DNA from: an uncultured Bacteroidales bacterium
GTDB taxonomy: Bacteria > Bacteroidota > Bacteroidia > Bacteroidales > WCHB1-69
Length of the DNA: 64,000 nucleotides
Direction: 5' to 3'
NCBI GenBank assembly: GCA_905233745.1
Contig: CAJODA010000006.1
Span: 5-64,004 of the forward strand
Shown here one piece after another: positions 9,015-14,746 of this stretch (position 1 is its first letter; each line of letters begins with the position of its first letter). Position numbers and translations under genes: made by a program. Under the pieces are notes generated by a model. It worked only from the letters and a program-made list of their open reading frames with translations. It was not told the DNA's origin and did no database searches.

Positions 9015-9442
9015 ATGTCAAAGGCCGAAAGCAACCACTTTTTCGTTTTCCCATCATCACTTTTTTCCACCGCCACGATAAATCGGAATGTCTTACTTTC
9101 AAACACTTTTTTTTGACCGTCTGACTTCTTCAAGTTGAAATTGCCGAATTGAACAACAATAGGGATGAAATCCTCCACATTAAATCCCAGTTTGTTAATA
9201 TCAATTTCGTGTTTGTCAATAATGTGGGCCAACCCATATCCCCTGTGCTTGATTGGGTCTGAGACCTCACCCCAAACAATGTCAATATCACCAATATCAC
9301 TACGATGCAGCGCCGCAATACATTCGCCATTCATTTTTTCACGAAGAAATCTAATGGCTTCCTTTGGCTTTCCTGCAAATTGCCTGTACAGAGGACCATA
9401 TTTCCCTGTTTCAACATTTGATTCTTCAATAGTTGTTTTCAT
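8996..9442 (-). CDS. Hypothetical 148-aa cytoplasmic protein; possibly a stand-alone domain of the kind found in phage/ICE polyvalent proteins (PBECR-like nuclease), very tentative
   Basis: A clean ORF with its own -7 box. The motifs IDIVWGEVSD...GYGLAHIIDKHE resemble polyvalent-protein nuclease modules from memory. It has no signal peptide. Confidence 0.55.
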   Translation of the reverse strand: MKTTIEESNVETGKYGPLYRQFAGKPKEAIRFLREKMNGECIAALHRSDIGDIDIVWGEVSDPIKHRGYGLAHIIDKHEIDINKLGFNVEDFIPIVVQFGNFNLKKSDGQKKVFESKTFRFIVAVEKSDDGKTKKWLLSAFDIIKRPK

Positions 9443-9495
9443 AATTGATTAAAATTTGTTTGGAATTATACCTATTGTTAATGATAATTTAACGG

Positions 9496-9503
9496 CAAAA
9501 ATA
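9496..9503 (-). promoter_or_regulatory. -7 box (TATTTTTG on the minus strand) for CDS 8996..9442
   Basis: Exact TAnnTTTG match, 54 nt upstream of the ATG at 9442. Confidence 0.45.
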
Positions 9504-9634
9504 CATCACAAAAAACTTTTGGCTAGAGTTTTGCGGAAATAATTATCAGTGTAATAATCAATGTATTAGCATTTTACTCTGTGTAAAATTAAGAATTGAT
9601 TGTTAACGGGTAGTGATTGATATGGGAAAAATGT
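9496..9634. repeat. Copy A of a ~140-bp direct repeat (partner at 11203-11342)
   Basis: The core 9553-9634 aligns with 11259-11342 at ~80% identity by eye (TAATAATCA.T.T.TTAG.A.TTTAC...GTGTAAAATTAAGA.TTGATTGTTAACG.GT.G...TGAT.TGGGAAAAAT). Weaker similarity continues through the -7 boxes. Confidence 0.75.
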
Positions 9635-9635
9635 T

Positions 9636-10114
9636 GGAGGTTCCGCCGCCGTTGGCGGCGGAATGGTGCTGGTTCAGCGGTGCGTTTGTGGTGTTTCGCG
9701 GCGGGTTGGTTCCATACCTCGGCGCATGTGTGTCGCGCGCCGCGACCCATCGCACAGGCCGTCCCGCACCCAGGGGTTGACACCCCTGGTTACAGATATG
9801 TAACGCCTACGGCGTTAGTGCTGACAGCGTTGACGTTGTCGGAGATTGAACCTGTCGATGGTGACTGTGCTTGTCGAAGTCACCGGCAATAATAAGCAGG
9901 TTAACCGGTATTCCTGCCACCAGTCCAACGCCGTAGGCGTTGCATATTATAGCCAGAGATGTCAATCTCTGGGATTGTGGTATATGATGACCCCGTGTGC
10001 GTAATCGCGGCGCGGGGTCGCGTGCACCGAAGCATAATGTTTGCCCGCCGCGAAACGTCCATCATTATCCACCAACCCACCACCATTCCGCGCGACATGT
10101 CGCGCGGAATCTCC
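9636..10114. repeat. ~480-bp imperfect palindrome: two inverted, diverged copies (9636-9817 and 9927-10114) of a hairpin-rich GC-rich element around a 110-bp core
   Basis: Arm matches are listed as left arm / right arm.
- 9636-9668 / 10081-10114.
- GTTTCGCGGCGGG 9693-9705 / CCCGCCGCGAAAC 10044-10056.
- Hairpin 9770-9789 / hairpin 9953-9972.
- AACGCCTACGGCGTT 9802-9816 / AACGCCGTAGGCGTT 9927-9941.
A central hairpin GGTGAC...GTCACC lies at 9860-9884. Confidence 0.8.
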
Positions 10115-10143
10115 ACCGATGAATAGTATTCAGAGAACACCCA

Positions 10144-10232
10144 AGGGCGCGGACGTGGGGCTGCGCTCTTTTGTTTTGTGTGGGGGTTCATGCTGGAGGT
10201 TCCGCCGCCGTTGGCGGCGGAATGGTGGGTGG
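10144..10232 (+). repeat. Second copy of the 'terminator-like hairpin + T-run + GGAGGTTCCGCC hairpin' module seen at 8694-8817
   Basis: AAGGGCGCGGACGTGGGGCTGCGCTCTTTTGTTTTGTGTGGGGG matches 8693-8738. The perfect hairpin TTCCGCCGCC-GTT-GGCGGCGGAA at 10200-10222 is identical to the one at 9641-9663. Confidence 0.75.
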
Positions 10233-10269
10233 CTTGATAAGGCGAAATAAGCTAAATAGTTAGTTTTTA

Positions 10270-11180
10270 TTATGGTCTAAGCTCCATGATTTCCTCGCTG
10301 CTCAGGCCGGAAACGCGTACTATAGTCTCTATTGCGATACCTTCCGCAATCATGTTTAGTGCTAATTGGCGCTTTTCTGCCATTTTCCCTTCGTTCAATC
10401 CTTCGATCCGCCCCTTTTCCATACCAATCTCAATACCCTCTTCTATGCCGTCTTCACGGGCGCAGATGATGGCCCCTTGCACGTCTTTGTACTCCAAAAC
10501 GCTCTTCTTGTATTCTTTTCGTTCCATGTTGGTTAGTTTGTTATCCTGCATTCCTCTATGAACTTTCGGAAAACGCCCTGTTCCTCTGCGCCGTAGTCCC
10601 GATTGGTGCTGCCGCCGATGGAGGTGAGCAGCTCGAGCCATCTGCGCGTGTGGGCATTATCCAAAATCTTGTCTTTAACGGCTGCAAATTTACACAATTC
10701 GACGAAAAAAAAGGTGGTTTTGTCGCTGAAAATTTTATTGGTCTCGTCCTTGAGCATAACCTTGTGGAAATAACGGTCATTGCCTCTGAACTCCGGTGCG
10801 TTGTAGTCCAGCAGGTTGAAGGAATAGACAGAAGGAATTGCATAGTCGCTTTCTCCTTTTTCCATTTCCCTGCTGATGACCCTGCTCACGTACGAGATGA
10901 TTCTGTCGGCGAAGAAGGGCTGTCGAGCCCGTTGCATCTCGATGATGAATCTGTCGCCGTTTTGGTTTTCGCAATAGATGTCGAAAATCACCCTCTTGTC
11001 TTCCGGCCTCTCGCCGAACATCTCTGTCTGCAGGAAGGTGATGTCGGTGATGATGCCGACTTCATCGGAAATGCTGGAATTGAGGAAGTCAATGAGGATG
11101 TCCTTGTTGTTTTCGGAGGCGGAGATCCGCTTGAAGCCGAAATCGGACAGCGGATCGAAAAATATCATGTCTTTCTTCAT
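10270..11180 (-). pseudogene. Rpn-family (YhgA-like, PD-(D/E)XK 'putative transposase') gene split over two frames
   Basis: ORF 10533..11180 (MKKDMIFFDPLSDFGFKRI...IIEMQ...) carries the N-terminal nuclease part. ORF 10270..10641 carries the family's typical C-terminal repeat (EDGIEEGIEIGMEKGRIEGLNEGK...GLSSEEIMEL) in another frame. The frame change lies near 10530-10560. Confidence 0.7.
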
Positions 11181-11202
11181 AGTAAAATGTTTTAGGTTGC
11201 CA

Positions 11203-11210
11203 CAAAGATA
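11203..11210 (-). promoter_or_regulatory. -7 box (TATCTTTG on the minus strand) for the Rpn-family gene
   Basis: Exact TAnnTTTG match, 23 nt upstream of the ATG at 11180. Confidence 0.45.
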
Positions 11211-11342
11211 CAACACGAAAACACTTTTGTCAAGAATTTTGTGAGAAATGTTTTTAATATAATAATCAGTATGTTAGAAATTTACGAGGTGTAAAATTAA
11301 GATTTGATTGTTAACGAGTGGAGGCTGATTTGGGAAAAATAT
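11203..11342. repeat. Copy B of the ~140-bp direct repeat (partner at 9496-9634); overlaps the last ~10 codons and the stop of mpg
   Basis: See copy A. The mpg stop codon (TAA, 11311-11313) lies inside the shared GATTGTTAACG block. Confidence 0.75.
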
Positions 11343-11922
11343 TGCCGGTTTTGATTAAAAACCGATACGGCAGCAGCGCATCCTCACCCGCGTAGCCCAC
11401 GCCGATGCGCGGGGTGACCGCAATCTGATCATCGGGAATCTGAAGCCCCCGGTCCTCTATCCAAATCATATCGCCCGTGAGCGGGCAGCCATTGTCCGCT
11501 ACCGTAAGGCCCAACAGCTTGCTCACCTTGCCGGGGCCGGAACCCATGTCGCGCGACATCCGACCCTTGCCCGTGCGCCGCAACATCAGCTCCTCACCAT
11601 GCGTGGGGATGATGCCGCGGATGAGCACAGCGTCAGGAATGTCCTCCTCGTTGGTCACGAAATTGAGGAGATGGTGCATCCCATAACAGAGATACACATA
11701 CGCCACCCCACCCTCGTGGTACATCATCTCGTTGCGGCGCGTGCGACGGCCTCCGTAGGCGTGCGAGGCCCTGTCCGCCGTGCCCTTGTACGCCTCCACC
11801 TCCGAGATAATGCCACCCGCCAGCTGACCTTCCTTCAGGGTGAAAACATATTTTCCCAAAAGATTACGGGTGAGAGCTAGCACATCATGTTGTAAAAAAT
11901 ACGACTTTTGCAAACGGCTCAT
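11311..11922 (-). CDS. mpg: DNA-3-methyladenine glycosylase (Mpg/AAG family)
   Basis: LLGKYV...GGIISEVEAYKG..DRASHAYGGRRTRRNEMMY.EGG.AYVYLCYGMHHLLN...IPDAVLIRG...GPGK..K.LG......G......IWIED...PRIGV is the classic AAG-family pattern. The start was chosen at MSRLQKSYF (11922). Confidence 0.85.
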   Translation of the reverse strand: MSRLQKSYFLQHDVLALTRNLLGKYVFTLKEGQLAGGIISEVEAYKGTADRASHAYGGRRTRRNEMMYHEGGVAYVYLCYGMHHLLNFVTNEEDIPDAVLIRGIIPTHGEELMLRRTGKGRMSRDMGSGPGKVSKLLGLTVADNGCPLTGDMIWIEDRGLQIPDDQIAVTPRIGVGYAGEDALLPYRFLIKTGNIFPKSASTR

Positions 11923-12014
11923 ACAGCAGGAATAATAGTGTCGCAAAGGAACAAAAAAAACGAATATCCTGCAACGGAAAGCGTGCTTAAATCGTTAATA
12001 GGTTGTTTAAAGCA

Positions 12015-12569
12015 ATGTCTGAAAAAGAAGCAAAACTGATAAAGGGTTGTGTGGCTGGCGACAAAGCCTGCCAAAAGCAGCTGTATCTGGATTACGGAGG
12101 CATGATCAAGAGCATCTGTACACGATACACTGCCAATCCCGATGAAGCTGAAGATCTTTTTCATGACACGTTCATATTCATACTCGTCAACTTCAAAAAA
12201 TACAACAACATCACCTCACTGGGAGCCTGGCTCCGGCGCATCACCATCAACAAGGCTATCGACCACTACCGCAAAACCTCCCATAACAGGATCGCATCGT
12301 TAGAGGAGATGGAATACGAGCCTGTTGTTGATGCCGAACCGCTCAACGAGGCCCTTACGATGAACAAGATTGTCGCATTCATCAACGAACTGCCCGACAA
12401 GTACCGCACGGCCTTTAACCTGTACGTGATTGACGATGTGGAGCAGGAGGAGATCGGGCGGATAATGAACGAAACCCCGACTAATGTCAGAACCCTGATT
12501 TTCAGGGCTCGCAATATTTTACAAAAGAAAATCAACCGATACCTGAATCACGAAGAGTTTAAGATATGA
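12015..12569 (+). CDS. ECF-type RNA polymerase sigma-70 family factor
   Basis: Region 2 (DEAEDLFHDTFIFILVNFKKY...LGAWLRRITINKAIDHYRK) and region 4 (LPDKYRTAFNLYVIDDVEQEEIGRIMNETPTNVRTLIFRARNILQKK) are both present. The start was trimmed to MSEKE. Confidence 0.85.
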   Translation: MSEKEAKLIKGCVAGDKACQKQLYLDYGGMIKSICTRYTANPDEAEDLFHDTFIFILVNFKKYNNITSLGAWLRRITINKAIDHYRKTSHNRIASLEEMEYEPVVDAEPLNEALTMNKIVAFINELPDKYRTAFNLYVIDDVEQEEIGRIMNETPTNVRTLIFRARNILQKKINRYLNHEEFKI

Positions 12570-13429
12570 AAACGTTGAGAGAACAGTTTGAACAATATCG
12601 TATTCCGGTGGATGAGCGCGGTTGGGAGAAAATCGCCAACGACCCGTCCGTCCGGAAATACAACCGTGCACGCGCCGCGCGGAGGGCTGTCTTGTACAGT
12701 ACAGCCGCGTTAGTGGCTGCGGCGGCCATAGTTACCGCCGTGCTGCTCACCCGCCCGCACAGCGAGCCTGCACCGGCCTGGACACCGGCAGACACACAAA
12801 CCGCCGCACCTGCCATTCCCGATTCGACGCCAACCAGCACACCAGCCCCGGCAGCCGACACGCCGGAGCCCGTTGCTCCTGCGAAGACTCCTGCACCGGC
12901 CACACAGCACGCCGCTTCACGTTCCATCCCTGCACCAGCCCCAAACACGCCCGTCACGACAACAGCGACCCAAGACAAGGACGCTCAGCTCCCTGCCATC
13001 GGCACGCTGCAACCGACTGTTCATCCCTCCACCCCCATCCTGCCCGACCTTACCCCAGCAACCGCTGATCCGAGAAACTCTGAAGATACGGCAAGCCTGC
13101 GCACTGAGTCCGACACCACCCATTCGCAACAACCGCAAATTGCCGACAAACTCTTCTTCGCACCCAACGCATTCTCTCCCAACAGCGATGGCGTCAATGA
13201 CATATTCTATGTCTTTGCCAATACGGAATACACCGATTTTGAACTTAACGTTTACACCCGGAACGGAGACCATGTTTTCCAATCCCGCCATATTGAAAAC
13301 GGCTGGAACGGACGACGGAACGGCATCGGCGACCTGCTGCCGCAGGGTGTCTATGTCTATACCATTAAATACCGGACCACTGACCACACATCCGGTGTGG
13401 AAAAAGGCCAAATACTTCTCATTCGATAA
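12566..13429 (+). CDS. Anti-sigma-like single-pass membrane protein with a Pro/Thr/Ala-rich linker and a T9SS type B (gliding-motility-associated) C-terminal domain
   Basis: Its start overlaps the sigma gene stop (ATGA). It has a ~41-aa charged N-terminus and a TM helix VLYSTAALVAAAAIVTAVLL (12689-12748). A low-complexity linker spans 12752-13136. The C-terminus is FFAPNAFSPNSDGVNDIFYVF...NGWNGR....LPQGVYVYTIKY......EKGQILLIR (13151-13426). Confidence 0.75.
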   Translation: MKTLREQFEQYRIPVDERGWEKIANDPSVRKYNRARAARRAVLYSTAALVAAAAIVTAVLLTRPHSEPAPAWTPADTQTAAPAIPDSTPTSTPAPAADTPEPVAPAKTPAPATQHAASRSIPAPAPNTPVTTTATQDKDAQLPAIGTLQPTVHPSTPILPDLTPATADPRNSEDTASLRTESDTTHSQQPQIADKLFFAPNAFSPNSDGVNDIFYVFANTEYTDFELNVYTRNGDHVFQSRHIENGWNGRRNGIGDLLPQGVYVYTIKYRTTDHTSGVEKGQILLIR

Positions 13430-13435
13430 ATCTGC

Positions 13436-14746
13436 ATGAACACTCTGGATCGCAAAACTCCCCCACCCGCACAGCCTATCACAAAACTGTCACTAACAGC
13501 CCCCGAACGCACTTCTTTGGAGAATGGCATACCCGTCTATACCCTATTCAACGGACAACTGGACCTCATCCACATCCTCCTTAATGTTCGCGCCGGCATA
13601 CTTCATGAAGAGCATAAGCACGTCTCTCACTTTGCCTATTCGCTACTTAAGGAGAGCTCAAGCAGGTACTCCGCCACGGAGACTGCCGACCTTCTGGACT
13701 TCTACGGGGCCCACGTCACCGTTTCGGGCAATCTGGACCGTACCACTATTGCCATCTCCATTCCAGCCAATAATGTAACCCAGATACTGCCCACCATCTT
13801 CGATTTTCTGGCACGACCGCAATATCGCCAAGACCGGTTGGAAATCTACCAGAGCCTTAAGATCAAGGATTTGGAATACAACATGCAGAAAACTGATGTC
13901 AGGAACACTCAACTGCTGCTGCACGCTGTGTTCGGCGACAGTCGCACAGCCGGTGTCTTCTCCACCCGCGAGAACCTGCAGGCGGTCACGCTGGAACAAA
14001 TGTACGAATTCCACCGGCAAACCTTCTGCGCCGAGAACCTGACGCTCTTTCTTACAGGGAATATTGACAAGGATATTTCGGCCTGCATCCGCGATTTGTT
14101 CTCGCAAGTGCCGCACGGCACAGCCTCAGCTCCGATACTCGATTTGGAACTACCGGCCGACCCTACCCGTATCATCGCCGAGCAGATGCCCGGAAGCGTG
14201 CAATCCTCCATCGCCCTAAGTCTGGTGAAAACAGGATATAATGCTGGTGACCGACGCGAATTTTCGTTCCTGTCCACCATAACCGGCGGGTATTTCGGTT
14301 CACGCCTCATGCAGAACCTTCGCGAACGCAACGGCTACACCTACGGCGTGTCCGCGGGTTCTGTTTATTTCGGCAACCAGGGATTGTTCATCATCAACAG
14401 CGATGTGAACGCCGACCATACACAGGCTGCCCTTGACGCCTGCTTTGAGGAGCTGAAACGGCTGCAGGATGAACCCGTCGGTGACGAAGAACTGGAAACA
14501 GTTCGCAACTACCTTTTGGGCGATCTGCTACGAGATGTGGACAACTCTGTCTCCTATCTGAAGAAATATGCCTACTGGAAATTCTTCGGCCATGATGAAC
14601 ACGAATTCCAATACATGGTGGAAGTCATACGGAATATGAAGGCTGACACACTGTCGACAATGGCAAAAAAATATTTTGATTACAATAATTTTATGCAAAT
14701 TATCGTTGGTGAAACTCGGAACTTAAGACGGACATTTACCAAATGA
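13436..14746 (+). CDS. Peptidase M16 (insulinase/pitrilysin) family homologue, probably non-catalytic
   Basis: The length and N-terminal layout are typical of M16. The position of the HxxEH zinc motif reads HFAYS (13628-13642). Confidence 0.65.
   Translation: MNTLDRKTPPPAQPITKLSLTAPERTSLENGIPVYTLFNGQLDLIHILLNVRAGILHEEHKHVSHFAYSLLKESSSRYSATETADLLDFYGAHVTVSGNLDRTTIAISIPANNVTQILPTIFDFLARPQYRQDRLEIYQSLKIKDLEYNMQKTDVRNTQLLLHAVFGDSRTAGVFSTRENLQAVTLEQMYEFHRQTFCAENLTLFLTGNIDKDISACIRDLFSQVPHGTASAPILDLELPADPTRIIAEQMPGSVQSSIALSLVKTGYNAGDRREFSFLSTITGGYFGSRLMQNLRERNGYTYGVSAGSVYFGNQGLFIINSDVNADHTQAALDACFEELKRLQDEPVGDEELETVRNYLLGDLLRDVDNSVSYLKKYAYWKFFGHDEHEFQYMVEVIRNMKADTLSTMAKKYFDYNNFMQIIVGETRNLRRTFTK

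Noticed and set aside
8840-9124. 94-aa plus-strand ORF overlapping the 3' end of CDS 8996..9442
   Set aside because: It has no convincing start context. It runs through the terminator hairpin and is antisense to a better-supported ORF. The region is better explained as a candidate small RNA.
8787-10222. Possible CRISPR array, suggested by repeated palindromic ~23-nt units
   Set aside because: There are only four units. Spacing is irregular (about 850, 420 and 90 nt), one unit is inverted, and the units differ in sequence. No cas genes are in the window.
9589-10250. ORFs 9589..9783, 9617..9892, 9901..10191 and 10041..10250 in the GC-rich repeat region
   Set aside because: They mirror each other because of the palindrome. 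They are Arg/Pro/Gly-rich and lack promoters or homologous motifs, so the region is interpreted as non-coding.
9596-11320. Integron-like cassette structure, suggested by GTTAAC-containing repeats flanking single genes
   Set aside because: No integrase is present. The repeats do not match the attC R''/R' core logic, and they include promoters, whereas integron cassettes are normally promoterless.
12559-13439. Cluster of overlapping ORFs in several frames and on both strands (12559..12978, 12622..13068, 12873..13439, 12917..13411 and others)
   Set aside because: They are artefacts of the GC-rich, stop-poor Pro/Thr/Ala linker region of gene 12566..13429. Only that frame has a TM helix and a recognisable CTD.
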